NCBI GenBank assembly: GCA_044344255.1
Contig: JBIJDH010000003.1
Coordinates: 288,001 to 352,000 of the forward strand
Reading direction: 5' to 3'
DNA length: 64,000 nt
Source of the DNA: Myxococcota bacterium
GTDB taxonomy: Bacteria; Myxococcota_A; UBA796; UBA2385
The translations under genes were made by a program, and so were the position numbers. This document shows, one piece after another, positions 40,814-51,032 of this stretch. Positions within the stretch are counted from its first letter, which is position 1, and each line of letters begins with the position of its first letter. A model generated the notes under the pieces. It was not told where the DNA came from and made no database searches. It saw only the letters and a list, made by a program, of their open reading frames with translations.

Positions 40814-42274
40814 ATGCAGTACGGGTTCTTGATCGACCATGACCGCTGCATCGGCTGCCACGCCTGCACGGTGGCCTGCAAGTCCGAGAACAGCGTGCCG
40901 GTGGGTAATTTCCGCACCTGGGTGAAGTACACCGAGGTGGGCGCCTTCCCGAGCGTCAAGCGCAGCTTCGCGGTGCTGCGGTGCAACCACTGCACGAGCG
41001 CGCCCTGCGTGACCATCTGCCCGGTCGGCGCGCTGGAGAAGCGGCCCGACGGCATCGTCGACCTTGACCGCGACGCCTGCTTTGGCTGCCGGGCCTGCAT
41101 GCAGGCTTGCCCCTACGACGCGCTGCACCTGAACGAGGAGCGCGGCGCGGTGGAGAAGTGCCACTTCTGCGCCCACCGGGTGGAGCAGGGCATGGCCCCA
41201 GCCTGCGCGGTGGTCTGCCCCACCGAGGCCATCGTCTATGGCGACCTCCACGACAAGGAGAGCCTCATCGCCCGCCGGGTGTCCGAGGAGGTGACGCTGC
41301 TGCGGCGCATCGAGCAGAAGACGGGCCCCAATGTTCACTATGTGGGTGTGGAGCCGCTCGCGCTGCAGCCGGGTGAGCCCGTTCGCCTGGACACCTACCT
41401 GTGGAGCGAGCGCCGGCCCACGAAGCCCGAGCCCTGGCCCCACGACGTGGCCACGGTGGAGGGGACCCGCACGGTGCTCGACGTGGGGCACAAGGTGGAG
41501 TGGGGCTGGGGAGTGGCCATCTACCTCGTCACCAAGGGCCTCGCGGCCGGCGCGGGCATGCTCGCCCCCTTCGTGCCCTGGCTCGGCCTATCGGCGGTGG
41601 GCTCGAATTACGCGCCGGAGCTCCTGTCCCTCGTGTTCACCGGCCTCACCACCGCCCTGCTCGTGGCGGACCTCACGCGCCCCTGGGCCTTCCTCCGGCT
41701 CCTCACCCGCCCGAACACGAAGAGCTGGCTCGTGAAGGGGGCTTGGTTCCTCATCGCCGCCTCGGTCGTCGCCGCCCTCAGCCTGGGCCTCCGCCTCGCC
41801 GGGCTGGCCGGCGCCTCCGACACGCTGCGCTGGTTGCTGGCCCCCCTGAGCGCGGGGGTCGCCGGATACACGGCCTTCCTCTTCGCCCAATGTGAGGGCC
41901 GAGACCTCTGGCAAGACCGGGGCACGCTGCTCCACCTGCTGCTCCAGGCCCTCGCGCTGGGCGCCGCAGGGCTGCTCCCCTTCGCGGGGCGAGAGAGCCC
42001 GCTCCGGAGCCTGCTGCTGGTGGGGGCCCTCGGCTTCATCGTGGCGACGATGCACCTCGTCCGCAAGGCGCACCCCACCGCCAACGCGCGGCAGGCGGTG
42101 GGCTTCTTGAAGGGGCTCAAGGTGGGCGGGGTGCCGGCGGTGCCGCTGGCGCTCGTCCTCGTGGGCGTGGCGACCGTGCTCCCCGCCGGCCTGTCGGTGG
42201 CCACCTTGATGGCGGGCCTCCTCGTCTATGAGTTCTCGTTCGTGCGGGCCGGGCAGCTCCCGCCCCTCTCGTGA
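40814..42274 (+). CDS. Fused 4Fe-4S (DmsB/PsrB-like) + NrfD/PsrC membrane anchor protein
   Basis: Cys motifs CIGCHAC...C, CNHC..APC..ICP, CFGCRAC..ACP and KCHFC. Then W...AIYL, DL.RP..F and SW...G.W. Confidence 0.92.
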   Translation: MQYGFLIDHDRCIGCHACTVACKSENSVPVGNFRTWVKYTEVGAFPSVKRSFAVLRCNHCTSAPCVTICPVGALEKRPDGIVDLDRDACFGCRACMQACPYDALHLNEERGAVEKCHFCAHRVEQGMAPACAVVCPTEAIVYGDLHDKESLIARRVSEEVTLLRRIEQKTGPNVHYVGVEPLALQPGEPVRLDTYLWSERRPTKPEPWPHDVATVEGTRTVLDVGHKVEWGWGVAIYLVTKGLAAGAGMLAPFVPWLGLSAVGSNYAPELLSLVFTGLTTALLVADLTRPWAFLRLLTRPNTKSWLVKGAWFLIAASVVAALSLGLRLAGLAGASDTLRWLLAPLSAGVAGYTAFLFAQCEGRDLWQDRGTLLHLLLQALALGAAGLLPFAGRESPLRSLLLVGALGFIVATMHLVRKAHPTANARQAVGFLKGLKVGGVPAVPLALVLVGVATVLPAGLSVATLMAGLLVYEFSFVRAGQLPPLS

Positions 42275-42325
42275 TCATCTGCCTCGATCCTACCCTCTGC
42301 TGCCGCGCCGCCCCCGGGAGTGGCC

Positions 42326-45160
42326 ATGGCTCGTGAACACATGGCACGTGAATATTCTGAGATGAAGGTGACCCCGCTCGAGCACTTCCCGCCGCCCGAC
42401 CGCTGGGACGACTGGACCGAGCTCGATCCCACCGCCTGGCCGAAGCGGGTCGAGAAGCGGTATGTGCTGGTGCCCACCACCTGCTTCAATTGTGAGGCGG
42501 CCTGCGGGCTCGTCGCCTATGTCGACAAGGAGACCACGCGCATCAAGAAGCTGGAGGGCAATCCCTATCACCCCGCCTCTCGCGGGCGGAACTGCGCCAA
42601 GGGGCCGGCCACCCTCAATCAGATCGACGACCCCGAGCGCATCCTCACCCCGATGCGGCGAGAGGGCCCGCGCGGGAGCGGCCGATACGTGCCCGCGACC
42701 TGGGATGAGGCCCTCGACGCTATCGCGGCGCCGATCCGGCGGGCCCTGCTCGAGGGCCGAAAGAACGAGGTGATGTACCACGTCGGCCGCCCCGGTCACG
42801 ATGGCTTTATGGACCGCGTGCTCCAGGCCTGGGGGATCGACGGCCATAATTCTCATACGAACGTCTGTTCGGGGGCCGCCCGCCTGGGCTACGCGCTCTG
42901 GCAGGGCTCTGACCGCCCCTCGCCGGACCACGCCAACGCCAAGTTCCTGCTGCTCCTCTCGTCGCACTTGGAGACGGGCCACTACTTCAACCCGCACGCC
43001 CAGCGGATCATCGAGGGCAAGATGGCGGGGGCGAAGATCTGCGTGGTCGACGTGCGTCTGTCGAACACCGCCTCCCGCGCCGACTGGTGGCTGGCCCCCT
43101 GGCCGGGCACCGAGCCCACGATGCTGCTCGCCATGGCGCGGGTGATCCTCGAGGAGGGCCTCTACGACCGGGAATTCCTCCACACCTGGACCAACTGGCG
43201 GGACTGGCTCCTCCACCTCGACCCCGCCGCTCGCCCTGACTTCGAGCCCCTTGACTTCGAGCGCTTCCTCGCCGCGCTCAAGGCCCAATACAGCCGCTAT
43301 ACCCCCGAGTATGCCGCCCTGGAGTGTAAGGTCTCCGCCGAGGCGCTGGTGGCGGTGGCGCGGGAGATCGGCAAGGCGGGCTCGGCCTTCGCCGCCCATG
43401 TCTGGCGGAACGCGGCCAGCGGGAACCTCGGCGGCTGGCAGGTGGCCCGCTGCCTCGTGCTCCTCTCTACGCTCGTCGGCGCGATCGGCACCGAGGGCGG
43501 CACCAACCCCGCCTCCTCCGACAAGTTCGTGCCCGCGCCCTTCCTGAAGCCGCCGCCCCAGGACATCTGGAACGAGCTCTCCTGGCCCCGCGAGTACCCG
43601 CTCGCCCACCACGAGATGAGCTTCCTCCTGCCTCATTTCATGCTCGAGGGGAGGGGCAAGCTGGCCGCGTATTTTACGCGGGTCTACAATCCGGTCTGGA
43701 CCAACCCGGACGGGCTCCTCTGGGAGAAGGTGCTCCAGGACGAGTCCCTGGTCGGCCTCCACGTCGCGCTGACCCCCACCTGGAGCGAGACGGCGCAGTA
43801 CGCGGACTGGGTGCTGCCGGTGGGCCTCGGCGCCGAGCGACACGATCTGCAGAGCCAGGAGACCCACTCCGCCCGCTGGATCGCCTTTCGACAGCCGGTG
43901 CAACGGGTCGCCCTCGCGCGGATGGGCCGGCCGGTGAAGCTCACCCGCGAGGCCAACATCGGGGAGGTGTGGGAGGAGGACGAGCTGTGGACGGCTCTCT
44001 CCTGGAAGATCGATCCCGACGGGGCCCTCGGCGTCCGCAAGTGGTTCGAGTCACCCTATCGGCCGGGCGAGCCCGTCACGGTCGATGAATATTATCAGTG
44101 GATCTTCGAGCGCTCCGTGCCCGGCCTCCCCGCCGCCGCGGCCGCCGTGGGCATGGCGCCGCTCGAGTATATGCGGCGCCACGGCGCCTTCCTCGTCGAG
44201 GCCGAGACCTACGCCGCCCATATGAAGGCGCTCGGGGAGGCCGAGCTCGCGGCCGCCACCGTGGATGAGGCCCGCGGCGAGGTGCGCCAGGGCGAGCGGG
44301 TGGTGGGCGTCATCGACGGCGGCACGCCGCGGGTGGGCTTCGCCACGCCCTCCCGACGCCTCGAGCTCTGGAGCCCCACCCTCCACACCTGGAAGTGGCC
44401 CGAGCACGCGCTGCCCGGCGCCATCGAGACCCACGTACACTGGCGCCACTGCGACCCCGACCAGGGGCGCTTCGTGCTCGTCCCCACCTTTCGACTCCCG
44501 ACGTTGATCCACACCCGGTCCGCCAATTCAAAGTGGCTGATGGAGCTGTCGAACACGAACCCGGTCTGGATCTCGATCGAGGACGCGGCGAAGATCGGCG
44601 TCGAGACGGGTGACCTCATCCGCGTCGAGACGCGGATCGGTCACTTCGTGAACAAGGCCTGGGTGACCGAGGGGGTGCGGCCCGGGGTCCTCGCCTGCTC
44701 CCACCACCTCGGCCGCTGGCGGCTCCAGCCCGAGCTCGGCACCAACCGCATCTCGAGCGCCCTGGTCGAGCGGCAGGAGGTGGGCGGCGGCCGGGTGCGC
44801 TTCCGGCGCGTCGAGGGCATCCGACCCTTCAAGAGCGCCGATCCCGACACCCAGAAGATCTGGTGGACGGACGGCGGCGTGCACCAGAACCTCACCTTCC
44901 CCGTGCAGCCCGATCCCGTCTCCGGCATGCACTGCTGGCACCAGCTCGTGACCGCCCGCCCCGCCGGCCCGGGTGACCAGTACGGTGACGTGGAGGTCGA
45001 TCCCGCGCGCTCGATGGAGGTCTATCGAGAGTGGCTGGCCCTCACCCGCCCGGCCCCCGGCCCCGGCGGCCTCCGTCGCCCTCTGTGGCTGGCCCGGGCG
45101 GTCAAGCCCTCGGTCGCCGCCTATCAATGCCCGCCACTCGACCCCCCGAGGGCCCGATGA
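42326..45160 (+). CDS. Molybdopterin (DMSO reductase superfamily) catalytic subunit, Psr/Ttr/Arr-like, no Tat signal
   Basis: FS0 motif CFNCEAAC...C; Mo-ligand region HTNVC; SETAQYADWVLP; C-terminal molydop-binding domain. Confidence 0.92.
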   Translation: MAREHMAREYSEMKVTPLEHFPPPDRWDDWTELDPTAWPKRVEKRYVLVPTTCFNCEAACGLVAYVDKETTRIKKLEGNPYHPASRGRNCAKGPATLNQIDDPERILTPMRREGPRGSGRYVPATWDEALDAIAAPIRRALLEGRKNEVMYHVGRPGHDGFMDRVLQAWGIDGHNSHTNVCSGAARLGYALWQGSDRPSPDHANAKFLLLLSSHLETGHYFNPHAQRIIEGKMAGAKICVVDVRLSNTASRADWWLAPWPGTEPTMLLAMARVILEEGLYDREFLHTWTNWRDWLLHLDPAARPDFEPLDFERFLAALKAQYSRYTPEYAALECKVSAEALVAVAREIGKAGSAFAAHVWRNAASGNLGGWQVARCLVLLSTLVGAIGTEGGTNPASSDKFVPAPFLKPPPQDIWNELSWPREYPLAHHEMSFLLPHFMLEGRGKLAAYFTRVYNPVWTNPDGLLWEKVLQDESLVGLHVALTPTWSETAQYADWVLPVGLGAERHDLQSQETHSARWIAFRQPVQRVALARMGRPVKLTREANIGEVWEEDELWTALSWKIDPDGALGVRKWFESPYRPGEPVTVDEYYQWIFERSVPGLPAAAAAVGMAPLEYMRRHGAFLVEAETYAAHMKALGEAELAAATVDEARGEVRQGERVVGVIDGGTPRVGFATPSRRLELWSPTLHTWKWPEHALPGAIETHVHWRHCDPDQGRFVLVPTFRLPTLIHTRSANSKWLMELSNTNPVWISIEDAAKIGVETGDLIRVETRIGHFVNKAWVTEGVRPGVLACSHHLGRWRLQPELGTNRISSALVERQEVGGGRVRFRRVEGIRPFKSADPDTQKIWWTDGGVHQNLTFPVQPDPVSGMHCWHQLVTARPAGPGDQYGDVEVDPARSMEVYREWLALTRPAPGPGGLRRPLWLARAVKPSVAAYQCPPLDPPRAR

Positions 45161-46056
45161 CCTCCGTCGAACCCGCCGATGGCGTGACGCTCCCCCCAAA
45201 GCCCGGGGCCGCCGAGGCCGCCCGCCTGCGGCAGCTCATGGGGCCCCTCATCCCGATCAGCCGCCCGGTCTTCCTCGGCGATGAGCACGTGCCCGCCGAG
45301 GGGCCGGCGCTCTTCGTGGGGAACCACACGCTGTATGGGATCATCGACTCTCCCCACCTCCTGCTCCACCTCCACGACCGCCACGGGCGCTTCCCCCGCA
45401 CCCTCGGCCACCACGAGCACTTCTCCATCCCGGCCTGGTCGAAGCTGGTCGAGGTGTTCGGCACGGTGGACGGCACCCGGGAGAACTGCGCCGCCCTCTT
45501 CCTCGCCGGGGAGTCGGTGCTCGTCTTTCCGGGGGGCTCGCGAGAGGCCTTCAAGCGAAAGGGAGAGGATTATTCACTCCAGTGGGGAGACCGCCTCGGC
45601 TTCGCGCGGATGGCGCTGCGCCACGGCGTGCCGATCGTGCCCTTCGCCGCCCTCGGGGCCGACGAGGTCTGGAAGATCATCAAGGACGGCCCCGAGCTGC
45701 TCGACTCCCCCTTCCTCGGCGCCTTCCTCAAGGGCCTGCGGGTCCCCGAAGACATCGTGCCGCCGATCTCGCGGGGCCGCGGCTTCCTCGGCACCCCCAA
45801 GCTCGAGCGGCTGTACTTCACCTTCGGGCCCCCGGTTGACACCCGCGCCTTCGGCGGCCGAGAGGACGACGAGGCGGCCCGGGCCGTGCGCGAGCAGGTC
45901 GAGGCCCGCATCCTCGCCGGCCTCGAGCAGCTCAAGGCTCACCGCGCCGAGGACGCCGATCGCCGTCTCTCCGACGTGCTCATCCGCTGGGTGGTGCCGC
46001 GGGTGCTGGGGCGGATCCCCGGGCTTCACAAGGACGGACAGAAGAAGGTGCCCTGA
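45157..46056 (+). CDS. Lysophospholipid/diacylglycerol acyltransferase family protein
   Basis: Motifs LFVGNH, VFPGGSRE and GFARMALRHGVPIVP. Confidence 0.88.
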   Translation: MTSVEPADGVTLPPKPGAAEAARLRQLMGPLIPISRPVFLGDEHVPAEGPALFVGNHTLYGIIDSPHLLLHLHDRHGRFPRTLGHHEHFSIPAWSKLVEVFGTVDGTRENCAALFLAGESVLVFPGGSREAFKRKGEDYSLQWGDRLGFARMALRHGVPIVPFAALGADEVWKIIKDGPELLDSPFLGAFLKGLRVPEDIVPPISRGRGFLGTPKLERLYFTFGPPVDTRAFGGREDDEAARAVREQVEARILAGLEQLKAHRAEDADRRLSDVLIRWVVPRVLGRIPGLHKDGQKKVP

Positions 46057-46112
46057 GCCCGCCGATGGAGGCCTTTGGGGCCGCCACGCCCGGGCTCAGA
46101 AGTCAATGGTTC

Positions 46113-46925
46113 TCAATAGTCGAGGCTGACGCCTAAGGCGTATTCCTGTGAACAGTCGGCGCCGTGGATAGAGGAGAGCTCGACCACCCACTCGCCGCCG
46201 TCCTCCTGGCCGACGGTGTCGCCGAACTCGGCGGTGAGCTCACCGGTGCCCGACTCCTGGAACACGATGCTCGTCGTGCCATCGACCGTGTGGGAGACGG
46301 TCAAGAGCTGCTCACCGGCGCCCGGGAGCTCGCTCACGGTGATGACCAGCGAGAGAGTGGGCCACCAGCCCTCGCTGAAGTCAAAGCCGAAGCGGTCGAT
46401 GTCGTCGTCGTTGGTGAGGGCCGCGCGTACCGTGACCGTGTCGCCCATCTCGAGCGTGCCGAGGTCATAGCCGGCCTCGTTCGGCTCGGTGTCGTCGTCG
46501 GTGACCGCGTCCTCGTCGAGGGTGCCGTCGCAGTCCTGGTCGAGGCCGTCACAGGCGTCGGGGGCGCCGGGGAAGACGCTCGGGTCGGCGTCGTCGCAGT
46601 CTCCTTCGTACTCGTTCACCCCGTCGCCGTCGTTGTCCTCGGCGTCCGGGTCTCCGCCGCCGTCGGTGCCGCCGCCGTCCGTCGCTCCGTCTGTGCCGCC
46701 GTCCCCCCCGGTCCCCTCGTCCCCTCCACTCCCGTCCTCGTCGGCGCCGGCGTCGTCGCCCCCGGCAGCGGCGGTGTCGGTGTCATCGGTGACCTTGGTG
46801 CCGGCCGAGAAGTCGCAGCCCAGAAGGACGAGCAGGGACAGGGCCAGCCCGCCCGGGAGGTGCCGGACAGGGGAGGGGAGCCTCGCGCGGGAGGTGGAGC
46901 GGGAGGCGGGCGAGGTGGGGCGCAT
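46113..46925 (-). CDS. Lipoprotein with MopE-like putative metal-binding motif and PPC-like domain
   Basis: Lipobox LLGC. Motif DNDGDG...DCDDADPSVFPGAPDACDGLDQDCDG; TEPN. Confidence 0.8.
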   Translation of the reverse strand: MRPTSPASRSTSRARLPSPVRHLPGGLALSLLVLLGCDFSAGTKVTDDTDTAAAGGDDAGADEDGSGGDEGTGGDGGTDGATDGGGTDGGGDPDAEDNDGDGVNEYEGDCDDADPSVFPGAPDACDGLDQDCDGTLDEDAVTDDDTEPNEAGYDLGTLEMGDTVTVRAALTNDDDIDRFGFDFSEGWWPTLSLVITVSELPGAGEQLLTVSHTVDGTTSIVFQESGTGELTAEFGDTVGQEDGGEWVVELSSIHGADCSQEYALGVSLDY

Positions 46926-46996
46926 GGGATCGTGTATCGTCGCCCCATGCGCGCGACGAACCCCCCGTTGAGCTCCCCCCGTGCCCGGGCGGCGGC

Positions 46997-48820
46997 GTGA
47001 TCCCCATCGGCCTCTTGCTGCTCGCGGCCGGGATCGTCGCCGCGGGCGCCCCGTGGTGGGTGCAGGGCGTGGTGGTGCTCCCGGCGATCCTCTGGGCGCC
47101 GGGCGTGGGCTGGGCCCGCTGGCTCAACCGTGCCGCGCCGCCCGGCGGGCTCCAGCTCGTCCTCGACGCCGCCTGGGTGGGCCTCGGCCTCGCCTGGTGT
47201 GACGTCGCCCTGCTGCGAGAGCTCGGGCTGCCGCCGCAGGGCCTCTGGGCGCTCTCGGCTGGCTGGTGCCTGCTCGGCCTCTGGGCGGGCCGCCGCACGC
47301 CGGCCCGGCTGCACACCCCGGCGCGGGAGCTCGGCGGCGCCGCGGCCGTGGTGCTGGCGGTGCTGGCCGTGGCCGCCTGGCGCTCGGCCGACATCGCGCG
47401 CCCCCTCGACGGCTACTGGTGGCTCACCGGGGCCGACGAGGAGGGCCACGAGCGGCTCTCCATCGAGCCCGGCGCCGGCTGGGCGGAGGTGACGGGCGTG
47501 GGCTGGGAGGAGGCCGGCGCCCTCCGCCTTCGGCCCGAGCGGTCGGAGCTCAGCCTCCGCTCCCCCGAGGGCGCAGAAGGGAGGCTCGTCGTCGCGGTGC
47601 GGGGGCCCGTGGGGGTCGCGCTGTCCGCCGGTGGGCAGCGCGCCGAGGTGGAGCGCTCGGTGGCGGAGGCGCCCGAGGAGGGGCCGGTGCGCCGGTACCT
47701 CACCCGCGGCACGGCCGGGCTGGCCCTCGACGTCGACCTGCCGCCGGGCGGGAGCCTGCCCCTCACCCTCGAGGGCCCGGCGTCGGAGGTGGTGGTCTAT
47801 GTGTTGCCCTCCACCGACGCCGTCTGGTCGTTGCACGCGGCGGGGGAGCTCCGGTACGCGCACTATTACCAGCTCCTCAATCAGGTCGAGAACCTGGACT
47901 GGGCCGAGGAGATCTGGGGCCCGCGCCGCTTCGTGTGGAACCAGCCCCCCGGCTGGACCCCGATCCTCGGCGTGGCCTACGCGCTCATCAACCCGGACAT
48001 GCCTGGCGGCAACATCCTCTTCTTGTGGGTCCTGCTGCTCGTGGGCCTTTCCTCGGTGCGCCTCGCCTCCGCCCTCGCGCCCGGCGCCGCCCACCCCGCC
48101 TGGCTCATCCCCGCCGGGATGGTGGGAGCCCATGGCCTCCTGATGCTGGAGCCGGCGAGCGCCAACTTCCCCGACAGCCTCTTCGCCGCCAGCGTGCTCG
48201 GGGTCGCGGGCGCGCTCGCCGCCGGTCGCGCCCGGGCCACCCCCGCCTTCGGCCTCGCCGCGCAGGCCCTGCGCTGGCCGGGTGGCGTGTTGGCGAGCCT
48301 CCTGGCCTTGTCCTGGGGGCTCGCGCATCGGGTCTCTCCGCTCCCGGGGCTCCGCCGCCTGTGGGTGGGCCTGCTCGCCGGAGTGGGGATCGCTGCGCTG
48401 CTCGTCTATCTGGGAGAGGCGGAAGACCTCGCCTTTATCCTTTACTTCGAGACCTTCCCCGAGCATTGGCACGACGACTACGCCCTCGGCTCGCTGCTCC
48501 CGCGCATCCCCGAGTTCTACGGGGCGTGGGCGCGGTACACGGGGGGAGGCCTCCTGCTCGTCGTCGTCGGGGCGCTCTTCGGAGCGGCGGGCCCCGTCCG
48601 CACCGCGCTGCGCGCCCTGTTCGTGCCGATCCTGGCTTACAGCGCCATATTGTCCACCGTCGACCACAGCCCCAGCCACTACTTCTTGCCGCTCGTGGGC
48701 ATGACGGGCCCGCTCGTGGTCGCAGCCTCGGCCACGCGGGCCTCACCGGTCTGGCGCTGGGGGTTGTCCATAGCTTGCCTCCTCGGCCTGTGGATATTCC
48801 TATGGACGGGTCAGATCTGA
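46997..48820 (+). CDS. Polytopic membrane protein, GT-C-like
   Basis: Many TM segments. Motifs QPPG, FPD and HYFLP. Confidence 0.65.
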   Translation: MIPIGLLLLAAGIVAAGAPWWVQGVVVLPAILWAPGVGWARWLNRAAPPGGLQLVLDAAWVGLGLAWCDVALLRELGLPPQGLWALSAGWCLLGLWAGRRTPARLHTPARELGGAAAVVLAVLAVAAWRSADIARPLDGYWWLTGADEEGHERLSIEPGAGWAEVTGVGWEEAGALRLRPERSELSLRSPEGAEGRLVVAVRGPVGVALSAGGQRAEVERSVAEAPEEGPVRRYLTRGTAGLALDVDLPPGGSLPLTLEGPASEVVVYVLPSTDAVWSLHAAGELRYAHYYQLLNQVENLDWAEEIWGPRRFVWNQPPGWTPILGVAYALINPDMPGGNILFLWVLLLVGLSSVRLASALAPGAAHPAWLIPAGMVGAHGLLMLEPASANFPDSLFAASVLGVAGALAAGRARATPAFGLAAQALRWPGGVLASLLALSWGLAHRVSPLPGLRRLWVGLLAGVGIAALLVYLGEAEDLAFILYFETFPEHWHDDYALGSLLPRIPEFYGAWARYTGGGLLLVVVGALFGAAGPVRTALRALFVPILAYSAILSTVDHSPSHYFLPLVGMTGPLVVAASATRASPVWRWGLSIACLLGLWIFLWTGQI

Positions 48821-48840
48821 GCCCAATTTCGGGAGAGTGT

Positions 48841-50349
48841 ATGGTTGAAGCCCACTCTGGCGGCTTGGGAAAGGTCGATCCCAACCCCCCCAGCCCGCCC
48901 ACGCCGCCGATGGGCGGAGAGTTATCCATAGGTTGGGCCCGCCTCCTGGGGATGACCCTGGGGATGATCGTGTGGACGGGGGGCAGCCTGTGGTGGCTGG
49001 ATCTCGACCGGCTGCTGCGAGACGGAGACGAGGAGGGGCATGTGGGGGCGGCCGAGCTCTTCCGCCTCGCCCTGCGGGAGGGCCGCTGGCTCGACGTGCT
49101 GCACGACGTCTGGCGGGGAGACCTCGGGGAGTATCCCCCGCTGTTTCCTGCGATCGTCGGCGTTTGGTGGTGGATCGTCGGGGAGGGGCAGCCCGACGCG
49201 GTGGCGGTCCGGGCGGTCTGCCTCGGGAGCCTGATCCTGACCGCCGTCTGCACCGCCGCCGCGGCGGCGCGGCTGCTCGGACGTGAGGGCGGGCCTGCCC
49301 GAGCGCTCGCCCTGTTCGCCACCCTCACGCTGCCGCTCTCGAACGGGGTCACGCGGCACTTCATGCCCGAGGGCCTCGTGATGGGCCTCACCGCCCTCTC
49401 CGTGCTCGCCGGGCTCCGCGCCGTGGCGCGGCCCTCGGCGGTGGCGCTCGGCCTCTGGGGGCTCTCGCTCGGGCTCGGGCTGCTCGCCAAGCAGACCTTC
49501 GCCCTCTACGCCCTCGGGCCAGCCCTCTGGGTGGCGTTCCGCCTCGGTCGCAGGGCCGTGCCGGGCCTGCTCATCGTTGGCCTCGTGGCCGGGCCCTGGT
49601 ACCTCGACCACCTCGAGCCGCAGCTCCGCTACGGCGAGGCCGCTGCGCAGAGCGGCCAAGGGGGCCTCGGCGCCAGCCTCTGGGCGCAGCTCCGCTATTA
49701 CCCGGTGGTCCTCGGCCTCGAGGGCCTGGGCCCAGCGCTCTCCCTGGGGGCGCTCATCGCGCTCGGCTTCGGCTGGCGCGATCGTGTGGCCCGCCCCGCG
49801 ATCCGCCTCGGCGCCCTCTGGGTGGGGGTGCCGCTGCTGCTCTTGCTCCTCATCCCGAAGAAGTACCCGCGGCTCGTCGTGCCCCTCGTCCCCGGCGCCG
49901 CGCTGGTGCTCGCGGCGGGCCTCCACCGGCGGCCTGCGCTCGGGGGGGCGCTGATCGCAGGCGCGGCCTTCTGGACGATCCGAGCCTCCGTGACCGAGCT
50001 TCCCACCCCCGCGGTGTACGGCGAGATCGATCCCCGCTGCCCCCAGCGCTGGCTGCGCCCCGCTGTGGATGACGATCTCGGCCTGTCCCGAGTGGCCGCG
50101 GCCCTCCGCGCGGCGCCGCCGGGGCCGGTGGTGGTGCTCGCGGGGCCCGAGATCCCTTGCGTGCTCCAGACCACCCCGCCCTGGATCGATCACCTCGCGC
50201 CCTACCTCCGCCGCGAGGGCCTGGAGCGCGATGTCCTCGACTCCCCCCGTGGGGACGCGGCCCTCACCATCGACTGGGGCTGCCCCGCCGGCGCGGGGAG
50301 GGTCGAGGTTGAGCCCCTGGCGGGTGGCTTCTGCCTCCGCGCGCGTTGA
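48841..50349 (+). CDS. ArnT/GT39-like membrane glycosyltransferase
   Basis: Motifs DEEGH, YPPLF, MPE, LAKQ, GPWY and KYPRL. Start uncertain (48841 or 48909). Confidence 0.75.
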   Translation: MVEAHSGGLGKVDPNPPSPPTPPMGGELSIGWARLLGMTLGMIVWTGGSLWWLDLDRLLRDGDEEGHVGAAELFRLALREGRWLDVLHDVWRGDLGEYPPLFPAIVGVWWWIVGEGQPDAVAVRAVCLGSLILTAVCTAAAAARLLGREGGPARALALFATLTLPLSNGVTRHFMPEGLVMGLTALSVLAGLRAVARPSAVALGLWGLSLGLGLLAKQTFALYALGPALWVAFRLGRRAVPGLLIVGLVAGPWYLDHLEPQLRYGEAAAQSGQGGLGASLWAQLRYYPVVLGLEGLGPALSLGALIALGFGWRDRVARPAIRLGALWVGVPLLLLLLIPKKYPRLVVPLVPGAALVLAAGLHRRPALGGALIAGAAFWTIRASVTELPTPAVYGEIDPRCPQRWLRPAVDDDLGLSRVAAALRAAPPGPVVVLAGPEIPCVLQTTPPWIDHLAPYLRREGLERDVLDSPRGDAALTIDWGCPAGAGRVEVEPLAGGFCLRAR

Positions 50350-50407
50350 GCCGCGGCAGGATAGCGCTCGGAGTGGGCCGTGGTAAACTCACCGCAGGAG
50401 CAACACC

Positions 50408-50608
50408 ATGTCTGACCGGCCGACCGACGAGGTCATCAACCAGATCCCGAACGAGCGTCGTGGCCTCATGCGCGAGTTCGCAGACTTCATCGTCTACAAC
50501 AAGGCGTGGTGGATGACCCCCATCATCGTCGTGTTGGTGCTGATGGTCGCCTTCATCCTCTTCGCCGAGAGCTCGCCGGTGCTGCCCTTCATCTACACGG
50601 TGATTTGA
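50408..50608 (+). CDS. DUF5989 (SxtK-like) small membrane protein
   Basis: Motif KAWWMTPII...PFIYTVI. AGGAG RBS. Confidence 0.85.
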   Translation: MSDRPTDEVINQIPNERRGLMREFADFIVYNKAWWMTPIIVVLVLMVAFILFAESSPVLPFIYTVI

Positions 50609-50687
50609 AGCTGGGCGCTGCGATGTGAGGCCCTGCCCAGGTGGCGGCCGCTCACCCCGAGGCGCGCTCGGGGTGGGGGCCTGTGCG

Positions 50688-50933
50688 CTACCAGGGCCGC
50701 TGGGAGCGTCGGATGTCTTGCGGCGGCGAGCGCGGCGGGCACCAGAAGGTCTTGGCGTTGGGCTCACCGAGGCTGCGATCGAGCAGCTGGCGGCCGGTCG
50801 CCTTCATGAACAGCGCCACCGGCATCACCGCCGTCCAGTAGACGAAGGACATCAAGGTCCAGCTGATCGCGGCGTTGATACCGTGGACGCCCTTCTTCCA
50901 GGTGCGCCAGATGGTCTTCAAGATGGCGAGCAT
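50688..50933 (-). CDS. SxtJ-family C-terminal-domain protein
   Basis: Pattern W.K...I...S..LM..VY.....PV.L.M...G...L....FW..R......R.W. Confidence 0.75.
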   Translation of the reverse strand: MLAILKTIWRTWKKGVHGINAAISWTLMSFVYWTAVMPVALFMKATGRQLLDRSLGEPNAKTFWCPPRSPPQDIRRSQRPW

Positions 50934-51032
50934 GGGCGGCTGTCCTCACGCGCAAGCTATCGGCTGCGGGCCGCCTGGGGAAGGGGCTGACCGGCCTCTC
51001 TCCCGGGCGACCCCACCCCAGGCGCGCCGGGA

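Noticed and set aside
50408..50933. Saxitoxin biosynthesis
   Set aside because: SxtJ/SxtK-like families are widespread, and no sxtA, sxtG or sxtI is present.
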